This document shows, in pieces, positions 36,278-45,819 of a stretch of DNA of 64,000 bases; the stretch's first letter is position 1; each line of letters begins with the position of its first letter. The position numbers and the translations under genes are program-made. The notes under the pieces were generated by a model, which worked only from the letters and a program-made list of their open reading frames with translations, was not told the DNA's origin and did not search any database. Origin of the DNA: Candidatus Binatia bacterium (GTDB lineage Bacteria > Desulfobacterota > Binatia > UTPRO1); assembly GCA_036496285.1 (NCBI GenBank), contig DASXLI010000019.1, forward strand, positions 8,244 through 72,243, written 5' to 3'.

Positions 36278-37480
36278 ATGATCCGTACCAGCGCTACAGT
36301 CGCTGCCGCGTTCGTTCTCGTCGCACAGGTCCTCGCCGCTCCCGCCCGCGCCGATCAGGTGACCAGCGCGCCGTCGGGCGGAACGCTGAAGCTGAAGGGC
36401 GACGCGAATCCGAACGTGCTCACGATCGACCAGGCCGGTCTGAACCCGGGCCAGCTGCGCGTCACCGGGGCAGGGACGACGACGATCGACGGCCAGGCGA
36501 GCAAGACGTTCGACAACGTCACGGGCGGCCTGCAGGTCGATCTCGGGAACGGCGACGACGCCCTGACGCTCGACACGGTGACGCTGGCCGGCACCGTGAA
36601 GATCAAGATGGGCGCGGGCATGAACACGCTGACGATCACTGCCGGCGCCTACCACGGCACGCTCAACGTCGACCTCGGCAGCGGCGACGACGTGCTGCAG
36701 CTCTGCGGCGGCACGATCGTGGACGGCGGCCTGGCCATCAAGGTGGGCGCCGGAGCCGGCGCCATGCGCAGCGCGGCCTGTGACACGACCGTCGCCGACA
36801 ACCACGGCAGCGCGCTCGTGATCGACTCGGCCGAGGTCGGGAAGGACGTCACCCTGAAGGGCAGCAAGAAGAGCGAATCTGTCATCGTCCACAACACGCT
36901 CCTGCACGCCGGGCTGAAGCTCGCGCTCGGCGGCGGCTCCGACGCCGCCGCGATCTGCCGCGACCCGATCGGCGGCACCCTGTCCGTGCAGATGGGAGCC
37001 GGCTCCGGCGGCAGCGTCACGGCCTCGTGCGGCGATGCGAACGACGCGATCGGCGACAACGCGCTCCGCGTCGACAGCAGCTCGGTCGCGGCGAACCTGG
37101 TGCTCAAGATGAGCGGCGCCGCGGACACGGCCATCCTCACCTTTGGCAGCGTTGACGGCGCGATCAAGATCGACCTCGGGCAGGGCGACAATCAGCTGAC
37201 GCTCGACGCGCTCACCTCGCAGAAGAACGTGACCATCAAGTCCGGCAAGAACGACGACACGATCCAGATCAAGAACGCCAGCTACGGACCGGCCGCGAGC
37301 ATCAGCGTCAAGGCCGGTGCCGGCACGAACGCGATCAGCCTGCCGACCTCCGTGGACGTCCCGAAGAACCTGACGATCGTCACCGGCAACGGCGACGACA
37401 CCATCGACACGACCGGCGCCACGGTCCACGGCACGACGAAGATCACGCACGGCAAGGGCACGGACGCCGTCACGCCCTGA
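36278..37480 (+). CDS. secreted beta-solenoid-like repeat protein, unknown family
   Basis: Signal peptide MIRTSATVAAAFVLVAQVLAAPARA. About 15 units of roughly 22 residues fit the pattern (L/V/I)x(V/I)x(L/M)GxGxDx(L/I)x(L/I)......Gx. Examples are LQVDLGNGDDALTLD, LNVDLGSGDDVLQL, IKIDLGQGDNQLTLD and LTIVTGNGDDTIDT. Confidence 0.7.
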   Translation: MIRTSATVAAAFVLVAQVLAAPARADQVTSAPSGGTLKLKGDANPNVLTIDQAGLNPGQLRVTGAGTTTIDGQASKTFDNVTGGLQVDLGNGDDALTLDTVTLAGTVKIKMGAGMNTLTITAGAYHGTLNVDLGSGDDVLQLCGGTIVDGGLAIKVGAGAGAMRSAACDTTVADNHGSALVIDSAEVGKDVTLKGSKKSESVIVHNTLLHAGLKLALGGGSDAAAICRDPIGGTLSVQMGAGSGGSVTASCGDANDAIGDNALRVDSSSVAANLVLKMSGAADTAILTFGSVDGAIKIDLGQGDNQLTLDALTSQKNVTIKSGKNDDTIQIKNASYGPAASISVKAGAGTNAISLPTSVDVPKNLTIVTGNGDDTIDTTGATVHGTTKITHGKGTDAVTP

Positions 37481-37513
37481 GCCGGCCCCGCCGCCCGCCG
37501 TGGCGCGCCGGCC

Positions 37514-38563
37514 TCAACGCGCCATGGCGGCGGGCCCGGAGACGCTCTGCCCCACGAGGACGGTCGCGCGGACCGACGCGCGGCTCGGCTCGATCTGGCG
37601 ATCGACGAGGCGCACCGCGCCCCAGGCGACGAGATTCAACGTCGGCAGCGCGATCAGCATCATCAGACCGTCCGACGGACGGCTCTGCGCGTGCAGGACG
37701 GCGGTCCAGACGTACGCCACGGGCAGATGCAGGAGGAACATCGGATAGGTGAGGTCGCCGAGCAGCCGGTCCATCTTCACCAGACGCGGAGCGAGCGAGC
37801 GCGCCTTCACCTGGGCGAGGCAGATCACGGCGAGCGCGTTCAGGGCGAGCCCGATGTAGAAGCCGTCGGTCATGACGTCCGACACGACCCAACGTCCGCA
37901 GAAGTCCATCGCGAGGAAGGCCAGCACCGCCGCCGGCGCCCAGTGCGGGGCGAAACGGAAGCGGCGCGACGCGAAGTAGGCGAGCGCGCCCACGCTGAAT
38001 GGCAACGAGCCCGCGAGCACGGTGCTGTAGCGCAGCGCGAACTCCACGTCGGAGTGGACGAGATACGCGGTGTACGCCGCGCTCGCCGCAAACCAGAGCA
38101 CGGCCATGCGGAGCGAGCGCGACAGCCCGAGCGCCATCAGCACGTAGAAGCACATCTCGACGTGGAGCGACCACGCCGGGGTCACGAGGCGCGGCACCCG
38201 CCAGGCATTGAGGCTGAAGATCAAGACATTCTGGGCGATGCCCGGTGCGGTGACCGGGATGTCCAGCACCTTGGTGTAGAGCGCGACCGTCGCCGGCGCG
38301 GCCCACACGACCAGCAGCGAGACGATCGCCGCCATCCAGTAGGTCGGGTAGATGCGCAACGCCCGGTTCCACAGGTAGTGCCCGACGCCGCGTGCCGTGA
38401 AGCCGTACGTCTCGTGCAGGACGCGCGTCATCAGGTAGCCGCTCAGCACGTAGAACGCGAAGAGCGCGTACATGCCCGTCCAGTTGAGCCTGCCTGAGAG
38501 GATGGGGTGGAAATGGGAGAAGATCGCAAGCATCGCCAGCATGTAGCGGTAGGTACCGAACAC
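37514..38563 (-). CDS. acyltransferase family 3 membrane protein
   Basis: 349 aa, polytopic. The N-terminus is YMLAMLAIFSHF...FFAFYVLSGYLM. GTG start with a GAGGAGG RBS. Confidence 0.8.
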   Translation of the reverse strand: MFGTYRYMLAMLAIFSHFHPILSGRLNWTGMYALFAFYVLSGYLMTRVLHETYGFTARGVGHYLWNRALRIYPTYWMAAIVSLLVVWAAPATVALYTKVLDIPVTAPGIAQNVLIFSLNAWRVPRLVTPAWSLHVEMCFYVLMALGLSRSLRMAVLWFAASAAYTAYLVHSDVEFALRYSTVLAGSLPFSVGALAYFASRRFRFAPHWAPAAVLAFLAMDFCGRWVVSDVMTDGFYIGLALNALAVICLAQVKARSLAPRLVKMDRLLGDLTYPMFLLHLPVAYVWTAVLHAQSRPSDGLMMLIALPTLNLVAWGAVRLVDRQIEPSRASVRATVLVGQSVSGPAAMAR

Positions 38564-38576
38564 GAGCTACCTCCTC

Positions 38577-39827
38577 TCAAGCACGGAGCCGCACTTGAAC
38601 GGGTGGGGGGTGGGTCGGCAGGGCACCGACAGCCGCGTAACCGTGATCGGCCGGGCCGTGCGCGCGCAGCCGCGCTTTTCTCTCGAGCATCGGACGCTCG
38701 ATGACATGATAGGTCGCCGCGGAGATCGCGCCGACGCATGCGAGCAGCAGCGCGACCGCCGCGAAGGCCGGCGCGTCCCAGCCGGCGGCGGCGAAGGTCC
38801 AGCGGGCGCGGATCGCCGCGAGCCCGAACGTCAGCACCGGCACGTGGACCAGGTAGATCGAGTAGGAGAGCGTGCCGAGCGTCGCGAGCACACGGTTCGA
38901 CAGCAGCGACTTCAGACGGAGCGGCGCGAGCACGAGCAGGAGGAGCACCGTCGTCCAGCACGCGCCCTCGAGCAGGTGCCACTCGGGGTAGTGCGTCTCG
39001 AGCTCGAAGTAGTTGACGTAGACGACCTGCCGGAGCAGCGAGCCCAGCAGCACGAGGGCCGCGATACACACGACGTCGCCGCCCCAGCGCATCCACGGGG
39101 TGCGCGCCGCCCAGCGGCGGAAGATGTCGCCGTAGCGCTCGTAGACGCCGGCGGCGAGGATGCCGTAGGCGAACAGCGGCAGGCGCCCGATGAACGAGTG
39201 CACGAGGCGGTTGTTGCCGGGCAGCGTCGCGAGGTGCAGCCGGCCGCAAGCGAACGCGATGTAGGCGGCGGCGTAGAGCACGCCGGCGGCGACCGCGATA
39301 CCGCGCCCGCGCCGCGCGGTGAGCAGCCACGGCAGGAGCGGCAGCAGCACGTAGAACTGCGCTTCGGTCGCGAGGCTCCACCAGACGAAGCTGAACGGCG
39401 GGAGCGGCGCCGCCATGCCTTCGATCGAGTTGAGGAAGACCGCGAAGGGCAGGCCGCGCGCGAGATCAGCTGGCTGGCGTGAGCACCACACGGCCGCGAC
39501 GACGACGGCGGTATAGTAGAGTGGCAGGATGCGGAGCGCGCGCCGCGCTGCGTACGTCGCACGCGAGACGCGCCGGCCGCCGAACGCCTCTGCCAGGAAG
39601 GGCCGCGAGAGGAGGAAGCCGCTGAGGATGAAAAAGAGGCTGACGCCGGTCCAGCCGCCGACGACGAAGGCGCGCCACAGTGGAACACGCGGACCGGTGA
39701 GCGCACGCAAGCCGCTGATCATGCCGTCGGCGTGCAGCAGGACGACGAGCACGATGGCGATGCCCCGCAGCGATTCCAGCTCCGGAATCGTCCTGCTGTC
39801 GGTCGCGAACGAACGCGAGTGCCTCAT
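38577..39827 (-). CDS. acyltransferase family 3 membrane protein (paralogous neighbour)
   Basis: Contains ELESLRGIAIVLVVLLHA and FFILSGFLLSRPF. Polytopic. Start at ATG 39827 or GTG 39860. Confidence 0.8.
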   Translation of the reverse strand: MRHSRSFATDSRTIPELESLRGIAIVLVVLLHADGMISGLRALTGPRVPLWRAFVVGGWTGVSLFFILSGFLLSRPFLAEAFGGRRVSRATYAARRALRILPLYYTAVVVAAVWCSRQPADLARGLPFAVFLNSIEGMAAPLPPFSFVWWSLATEAQFYVLLPLLPWLLTARRGRGIAVAAGVLYAAAYIAFACGRLHLATLPGNNRLVHSFIGRLPLFAYGILAAGVYERYGDIFRRWAARTPWMRWGGDVVCIAALVLLGSLLRQVVYVNYFELETHYPEWHLLEGACWTTVLLLLVLAPLRLKSLLSNRVLATLGTLSYSIYLVHVPVLTFGLAAIRARWTFAAAGWDAPAFAAVALLLACVGAISAATYHVIERPMLERKARLRAHGPADHGYAAVGALPTHPPPVQVRLRA

Positions 39828-39911
39828 ACGCTCGACTACCTTTAGTCGAAAGCTCTCCACTCGTCTGACACGCGCGTCGAGCGCTGAAACTGCCGTGATT
39901 CAGGTCTTATC

Positions 39912-39979
39912 CCTGACGTCTTCAGGTGAGTAGACGCGTCACGGATAGAGAAATCTATGGCTGACGACACGTCGCGTCT
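39912..39979. other. two hairpin-forming palindromes in an AT-richer intergenic spacer
   Basis: First hairpin: CCTGA-cgtct-TCAGG (39912-39926). Second: AGACGCG..GTCA..ATAGA-gaaa-TCTAT..TGAC..CGCGTCT (39932-39979). They lie between the hisC stop and the acyltransferase start on the minus strand. No U-tract follows. Confidence 0.4.
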
Positions 39980-40018
39980 TGATCTTTGCCCCCCATGAAG
40001 GCGTGAAGAGGGGTTCGT

Positions 40019-41092
40019 CTACGCGCGAGCGAACGCGGTGAGCAGCCGATCGACCTCGGTGTCGGTGCCGACGCTGATGCGCAGCGCGTCGGCGAGCCGA
40101 GGGGTCGCGAAGTGACGCACGAGGACGCCGCGCGCGCGCAGCATCGCGAGGACGGGCGCCTGGTCCTCGCCGGACCGGCGGGCGAGCACGAAGTTGGCGG
40201 CCGACGGCAGCACGTCGTAGCCGGCGGCGCGCAGCCCCTCGCTCAAGCGGCCACGCGTCGCGACGATGCGCGCGACGTTGCGCTCCATCCACGCGTAGTC
40301 GTCGAGCGCGGCGACACCGGCGGCGATCGCGATCCGGCTCACGTTGTAGGAGTCCTTCACCTTGACGAGCTCCTCGATCAGCGCGGGCGCGCCGAACGCG
40401 AGTCCGATCCGCATGCCGGCGAGCGAGAACGACTTCGAGAAGGTGCGCAGCACGAGGACGTTGTCATAGCGCTCGACGAGTGGCAACGCGCTCGCGGGCG
40501 CGAAATCGACGTAGGCCTCGTCCACGACCACCACGCCGTCACGTCCGCGCACCAGCTCCTCGATCACCGGCACCGGCGTGAACGTCCCCGACGGCGAGTT
40601 GGGGTTGCAGATCATCAGGACGCGCGCGTCGGTGTCGGCGAGCGCGGGCGGCAGCGTGAAGTCGGGCGGGAACGGGATCGTGAGCGCGCGTCCCTCCTGG
40701 ATCGTGACCAGGGTGTCGTAGAGCGAGTAGGTCGGCTCCGGGTAGGCGACGACGTCGTCGACGCCAACCATCGTCCGCATGATCATCGTGAGAAGGTCGT
40801 CGGAGCCATTGCCGACGAGCACGTGCGCCGGCGTGAGCCCGTAGCGCCGCGCCGCCGCCTCGCGCAGGGCCGTCGCGGACGGGTCGGGGTAGAGACGGAG
40901 GTCGGCAGAGGCGCAGCCCGCAACCGCCGCGGTCACCCCAGGCGCCGGCGGATAGGGATTCTCGTTGGTGTTGAGCTTGACGATGCTGGCGTCGCGCGGC
41001 TGCTCGCCCGGCACGTAGCCCCGCATGCGGGCGACGACCGGCCGGACGGTGCTCACGGACGCGGTGCGTACGCCGGCGCCGGCGGCCCGCAC
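40019..41092 (-). CDS. hisC: histidinol-phosphate aminotransferase
   Basis: Contains GYVPGEQP, KLNTNENPYPP, NPNSPSGT and FSKSFSLAGMRIG (PLP lysine). The exact start is uncertain. Confidence 0.85.
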   Translation of the reverse strand: MRAAGAGVRTASVSTVRPVVARMRGYVPGEQPRDASIVKLNTNENPYPPAPGVTAAVAGCASADLRLYPDPSATALREAAARRYGLTPAHVLVGNGSDDLLTMIMRTMVGVDDVVAYPEPTYSLYDTLVTIQEGRALTIPFPPDFTLPPALADTDARVLMICNPNSPSGTFTPVPVIEELVRGRDGVVVVDEAYVDFAPASALPLVERYDNVLVLRTFSKSFSLAGMRIGLAFGAPALIEELVKVKDSYNVSRIAIAAGVAALDDYAWMERNVARIVATRGRLSEGLRAAGYDVLPSAANFVLARRSGEDQAPVLAMLRARGVLVRHFATPRLADALRISVGTDTEVDRLLTAFARA

Positions 41093-41111
41093 GCCGCCGA
41101 ACGGCGCGGCG

Positions 41112-41555
41112 TCACTTGAACGCTTTGATCGGTGTCGGGCCGGGACGGACCGCCGCGGGCGCGGCCGCCGGATCGACCAGATACCGGTCCGCGATCGACA
41201 CCGCCTGGCGCTTGCGCTCGGGCATCTCCACCAGGACGTCGACGACCTTCTCCCAGCGGCCGCGATCGGCGCCGGCGAGCTCGTACAGATCGATCACGAG
41301 ATCGATGTCCTTGGTGACGAGGGCCTTGTCGCCGCGCATCAGGAGCTGCTCGCTCGGGAGCGGTACGTGGCCGAGATTGCACACGCGTACCATGTCCTGG
41401 ATACGCCCCCGATCGAGCAACCGGTCCCGCAGGCCCGTCCAGTCCTGCGGAGCAACGCTGTCGGCGTTGCGGGAGAAGAGCTCGAGCGCCTGGTCGAGAT
41501 ATCCCTTGGCGAGGTAGCGCCGGCCGACCAGGACGTCCGCTTCTTTCGAGGGCAT
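41112..41555 (-). CDS. hypothetical protein
   Basis: The ATG at 41555 is preceded by AAGGAAGGA. The 147-aa product begins MPSKEADVLVGRRYLAKGYLDQALELF. No family recognised. The longer track ORF (to 41777) would overlap the purU start region. Confidence 0.5.
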   Translation of the reverse strand: MPSKEADVLVGRRYLAKGYLDQALELFSRNADSVAPQDWTGLRDRLLDRGRIQDMVRVCNLGHVPLPSEQLLMRGDKALVTKDIDLVIDLYELAGADRGRWEKVVDVLVEMPERKRQAVSIADRYLVDPAAAPAAVRPGPTPIKAFK

Positions 41556-41703
41556 TGCCGTATCCTTCCTTGCGCGAGTCGCGCAGCCGTTACCAGCGTA
41601 GGGCGGGCGCAGAAAATATTCAAGGACACGTTTACACGCATCGCACATCGCGCGGCGTCGCGTTGAATTGCCTGGGCATCTAGGGTAGCCGCTGGCCATC
41701 GCC

Positions 41704-42576
41704 ATGGCGTCGAAGAACCTCGCGATCGTCTCCGTCGTCGGCCGTGACCAAAAGGGCGTGGTGGCACGTGTTTCCACCTACCTCGCCGGCTGCAGCATCA
41801 ACATCGAGGACATCGAGCAGCGCGTGATGGAGGGGCTCTTCATCATGACGATGCGCGTCGACCTGACGGAGCTGGCGACGTCGCTCGACGAGATGATCCT
41901 CGGGCTGAAGCGCATCGGCGACGAGACGCACATGGAGGTGAGCGTCCGCCTCCACAGTGCCCGCGAGCGCAAGCGGATCGTGCTCCTGGTGACGAAGGAG
42001 CCGCACTGCCTCGAGACGCTGGTCGCCGATCACGACACCGGTCTCGTGAACGGCGACTTCGTCGCCGTGCTCTCGAACCACGAGGTGCTACGCCCCCTCG
42101 CCGAGCGCCACGGCATCCCGTTCCACTGGCACTCCTCCGCCGACAAGTCGACGCACGAGGACTTCCTGCTCGCGCGGCTGGCGGACGCGCGTCCGGACCT
42201 CATCGTCCTCGCACGCTACATGCAGGTGCTGTCGCCGCGCATGGTGCAGCGCTACCCGCACCGCATCGTCAACATCCACCCCTCGCTGCTGCCGTACCAC
42301 CCAGGCGCGAACGCCTACAAGCAAGCCTTCGAGGCCGGCGTGCGGGTCTCCGGCTGCACCGCGCACTTCGTCACGGAGCAGCTCGACCAGGGGCCGGTCA
42401 TCCTGCAGGACGTCTTCCACATCCGCGTCGGCGAGGACACGCTCGAGGAGGTGAAGGAGCGCGGCAAGGCGCTCGAGGGCAAGGTGCTGTCGCAGGCGGT
42501 GCAGCTCTTCCTGAACGAGCAGCTCGTGGTGACGGACACCAAGGTCCTGTTCCGCCCCGGGCGCCTCCCCGCCTGA
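41704..42576 (+). CDS. purU: formyltetrahydrofolate deformylase
   Basis: 290 aa. It has an N-terminal ACT domain and a formyltransferase core (LARYMQVLS, NIHPSLLP, SGCTAHFVTEQLDQGPVI). Confidence 0.9.
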   Translation: MASKNLAIVSVVGRDQKGVVARVSTYLAGCSINIEDIEQRVMEGLFIMTMRVDLTELATSLDEMILGLKRIGDETHMEVSVRLHSARERKRIVLLVTKEPHCLETLVADHDTGLVNGDFVAVLSNHEVLRPLAERHGIPFHWHSSADKSTHEDFLLARLADARPDLIVLARYMQVLSPRMVQRYPHRIVNIHPSLLPYHPGANAYKQAFEAGVRVSGCTAHFVTEQLDQGPVILQDVFHIRVGEDTLEEVKERGKALEGKVLSQAVQLFLNEQLVVTDTKVLFRPGRLPA

Positions 42577-42601
42577 TCCGCGGGCCGCCGGAGGTTGCGT
42601 C

Positions 42602-42919
42602 GTGGGCCTGGTCTTCGCGCTCGTCGTGCTCGTGGCCGCGACGACCTGGATCGCGCGGCGCTGGCGGGCGCGCGGCCGCCGCCGGGCGCTCGACGCCGGG
42701 CCAGGCAGCTCCATCGAGCGCGCGATCCCCGTCCGGAGCTTCGAGGAGATCGACCGCGCCGTCACCGCGCAGCGCTGCCCCTGCGGCCAGCCGCTGCGCT
42801 CGACCGGCGAGGGCGCGCGCCAGGCGGGGCTGCGGCGCTTCCGCTTCGCGCGGCTCGCATGCGACGACTGTGAGGAGGAGCACGTGCTCTTCTTCGACGT
42901 GAGCGACCTGGTGCACTGA
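42602..42919 (+). CDS. small membrane-anchored Cys-cluster (zinc-ribbon-like) protein
   Basis: 105 aa with a GTG start. The N-terminal TM is LVFALVVLVAATTWI. It has CPCG...CDDCEEEH. Its stop lies 1 nt before the polX ATG. Confidence 0.5.
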   Translation: MGLVFALVVLVAATTWIARRWRARGRRRALDAGPGSSIERAIPVRSFEEIDRAVTAQRCPCGQPLRSTGEGARQAGLRRFRFARLACDDCEEEHVLFFDVSDLVH

Positions 42920-42920
42920 C

Positions 42921-44762
42921 ATGGCCCTCGCCAACGCCGACGTCGCGCGCGTCCTGCGGGAGATCGCGCTCTTCCTCGAGATGGAGGACGTGCCCTTCAA
43001 GCCGCGCTCGTACGAGAAGGCGGCCGACTCGGTCGCCGCGAGCGACGTGCCGTGCCACGAGCTCCTGAGCCGCGGCGGCGCGAAGGCGCTCGGCCAGATC
43101 CCCGGCGTCGGCAAGAGCATCGCGGAGAAGATCGCGGAGCTGCTGACGACCGGGAAGATCGGCTACCACGAGGAGCTGCGCGCGCGCACGCCGATCGACG
43201 TCACCGCGCTCACCGCCGTCGAGGGCGTCGGCCCGAAGGGTGCGCGCGCCCTCTACGAGGCACTGGGTGTCACCGACCTCGCGAGCCTCGAGGCCGCGGC
43301 ACAGGCAGGGCGCGTCCGGGCGCTGGCGCGCTTCGGCGAGAAGAGCGAGGCGAAGATCCTGCGCGGCCTCGCGTTCGCGCGCGCGCACGGCGGCCGCACG
43401 CCGCTCGGCGACGTCCTGCCGATGATCCGCGACATCGAGGCGCGGCTCGCCGCCCTGGCCGGCGTGCAGCGCGCCACCATCGCGGGCTCCATCCGCCGCC
43501 GGCGCGAGACCGTCGGCGACGCCGACATCCTGCTGATCGCGAGGAAGGCCCCGCCGATCATGGAGAAGGTCGCGACCCTCCCCGAGGTCGTGCGCGTGCT
43601 GGCGCGCGGCGACACCAAGATCTCGGTGCGGCTCGCGACCGGCCTCCAGCTCGACGTCCGGATCGTGCCGCGCGCGAGCTTCGGCGCCGCCCTGCACTAC
43701 TTCACCGGCTCGAAGGCCCACAACGTCCTCCTGCGCCAGCTCGCGATCAAGAAAGGGCTCAAGCTGAACGAGTACGGCCTCTTCCGCGACGACACCCCGA
43801 TCGCCGGCGCGACCGAGGAGGATGTCTACGCCGCGCTCGACCTGCCCTACATCCCGCCCGAGCTGCGCGAGGATGCCGGCGAGATCGACGCTGCGCGCGC
43901 AGGACGCCTGCCTACGCTCATCGAGCACGGCAGCCTGCGCGGCGATCTGCAGACGCAGACGAAGTGGACCGACGGCGCCGACACGCTGGAGGACATGGTC
44001 GCCGCCGCGCGCGCCCTCGGGCTCGAGTACATGGCGATCACCGACCACACCCGCGACCTGGCGATGACCTTCGGCGCCGACGAGGCGAAGCTCGCCGAGC
44101 AGGGCAAGGCGATCGACGCCCTGAACGCGCGTCTCGACGGTTTCCGCGTGCTGAAGGGGGCCGAGGTGAACATCCGCAAGGACGGCACGCTCGACATCGC
44201 GGACGAGGCGCTCGCCCGGCTCGACGTCGTCGGCGTCGCGATCCACTCGCACTTCGGGCTGCCGCGCGCCGAGATGACCGCCCGTGTGCTGCGCGCGATG
44301 CGCAACCCGCACGCCGACATCTTCTTCCACCCGACCGCCCGCATCCTCGGCAAGCGCGAGCCGGTCGATCTCGACCTCGACGCGGTGATCGCGTGCGCCC
44401 GCGAGACCGGCACCGTGCTCGAGCTCGACGCGTACCCGCACCGCCTCGACCTCCGCGACGACCACGTGCGGAAGGCCATCGCGGTGGGCGTGAAGATCGT
44501 CATCGACTCCGACGCGCACGCGACCGCGCATCTCGCGTTTCCCGACGCGTACGGCGTCGATCAGGCGCGGCGCGGCTGGGCGACGCGCGAGGACGTCCTG
44601 AACACCCGCCCGCTGGCGCAGTTCCTGGGCGGCCTGAAGGGCGGCGCGGCGCGTGCCGAGGCCGCGGCGCCCCGCCCGAAGCGCGGCGCCGCCAAGACGC
44701 CGCGCGCGGCGAAATCCGCTACGCGCGCAAAGCCCGCGCGAGGTCCTTCGCGAAGTAGGTGA
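42921..44762 (+). CDS. polX: family X DNA polymerase with a C-terminal PHP domain
   Basis: Contains HhH motifs ([21 protein letters not shown]). Catalytic context is [17 protein letters not shown] and [12 protein letters not shown] motifs are ITDHT, IHSH and DSDAH. The C-terminal tail is Lys/Arg-rich. Confidence 0.9.
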   Translation: MALANADVARVLREIALFLEMEDVPFKPRSYEKAADSVAASDVPCHELLSRGGAKALGQIPGVGKSIAEKIAELLTTGKIGYHEELRARTPIDVTALTAVEGVGPKGARALYEALGVTDLASLEAAAQAGRVRALARFGEKSEAKILRGLAFARAHGGRTPLGDVLPMIRDIEARLAALAGVQRATIAGSIRRRRETVGDADILLIARKAPPIMEKVATLPEVVRVLARGDTKISVRLATGLQLDVRIVPRASFGAALHYFTGSKAHNVLLRQLAIKKGLKLNEYGLFRDDTPIAGATEEDVYAALDLPYIPPELREDAGEIDAARAGRLPTLIEHGSLRGDLQTQTKWTDGADTLEDMVAAARALGLEYMAITDHTRDLAMTFGADEAKLAEQGKAIDALNARLDGFRVLKGAEVNIRKDGTLDIADEALARLDVVGVAIHSHFGLPRAEMTARVLRAMRNPHADIFFHPTARILGKREPVDLDLDAVIACARETGTVLELDAYPHRLDLRDDHVRKAIAVGVKIVIDSDAHATAHLAFPDAYGVDQARRGWATREDVLNTRPLAQFLGGLKGGAARAEAAAPRPKRGAAKTPRAAKSATRAKPARGPSRSR

Positions 44763-45693
44763 GCACGATGCTGGCGCCGGCGCGCAGGATCGCAGTGTGC
44801 GTCTCCCACATCGCGCGCGCCTCGTCGATCATGCCGGCGGCCGCGGCGGCCTTGATCATCGCGTACTCGCCGCTCACGGCGTAGGCGGCAAGCGGAACGT
44901 CGAAGCGCTCGCGCACCCGCCGGATCACGTCGAGGTAGGCGAGCGCCGGCTTCACCATCACGATGTCGGCGCCCTCCTCGAGGTCGAGGGCGATCTCGCG
45001 CAGCGCCTCGTCGCCGTTGGCGGGATCCATCTGGTAGCCGCGCCGGTCGCCGAACTGCGGCGTCGAGCCGGCGGCCTCGCGGAACGGGCCGTAGAACGCC
45101 GACGCGTACTTGGCGGCGTAGGACATGATCGGCAGGTCGGCGAACCCCGCGTGGTCGAGGCCCGCGCGGATCGCGCCGACCCGTCCGTCCATCATGTCCG
45201 ACGGCGCAACGATGTCGGCGCCGGCGCGCGCGTGCGCGACGGCCATGGCGGTGAGCGGCTCGAGGCTCGCGTCGTTCACGACCTCGTTCGCCTCGACGAG
45301 GCCGCAGTGCCCGTGGTCGGTGTACTCGCAGAGACACACGTCGGTGACGACGAGCAGCCCTGGCAGGACGCGCTTGATCGCCGCGACCGCACGCACCACG
45401 ATGCCGTCCGCCGCGTACGCCGAGGAGCCGATCGCGTCCTTGCGCTCCGGGATGCCGAAGAGCATCACCGCCGGGATGCCGAGATCGTGGACGGCTTTGC
45501 ACTCCTCCACGGCACGGTCGACGGAGAGCTGCGCGACGCCCGGCATCGCGGCCACCGGCTGCGTCACGCCGGTTCCCGGCGCGACGAAGAGCGGCAGCAC
45601 GAGGCCGTCGATGCTCGGCCGGGTCTCGGCAACGAGACGCCGCAGGGCTTGCGTGCGTCGCAAGCGCCGCGGGCGATGCGTCGGATAGCCCAT
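44719..45693 (-). CDS. hemB: porphobilinogen synthase (delta-aminolevulinate dehydratase)
   Basis: These are the last 324 codons of the 1087-aa track ORF. Start [14 protein letters not shown]. Contains [16 protein letters not shown] (Zn Cys cluster), [10 protein letters not shown] and [10 protein letters not shown] (Schiff-base Lys). Confidence 0.9.
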   Translation of the reverse strand: MGYPTHRPRRLRRTQALRRLVAETRPSIDGLVLPLFVAPGTGVTQPVAAMPGVAQLSVDRAVEECKAVHDLGIPAVMLFGIPERKDAIGSSAYAADGIVVRAVAAIKRVLPGLLVVTDVCLCEYTDHGHCGLVEANEVVNDASLEPLTAMAVAHARAGADIVAPSDMMDGRVGAIRAGLDHAGFADLPIMSYAAKYASAFYGPFREAAGSTPQFGDRRGYQMDPANGDEALREIALDLEEGADIVMVKPALAYLDVIRRVRERFDVPLAAYAVSGEYAMIKAAAAAGMIDEARAMWETHTAILRAGASIVLTYFAKDLARALRA

Positions 45694-45819
45694 CGCGCGG
45701 GACGATAGTGAATCGCCAGAGGCTTTGCAAAAACGTGCGAGAGCGCATGCGATCGACGGATCGCCGACCGTCTTGGCCCGGAGCGCGGCCTGGCGTAGAC
45801 GTGTAGGGCAACCCCCGAC

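Noticed and set aside
41560-41703. Possible ZTP (pfl) riboswitch upstream of purU, suggested by CCTGGGCA at 41671-41678
   Set aside because: Only the short 3' CCUGGGCA-like element is present. I could not find the 5' sub-domain (GGGUCG...CUGGCG...GGUGGA..CCACCGGG) or a matching pseudoknot partner. A cmscan with RF01750 would settle the question.
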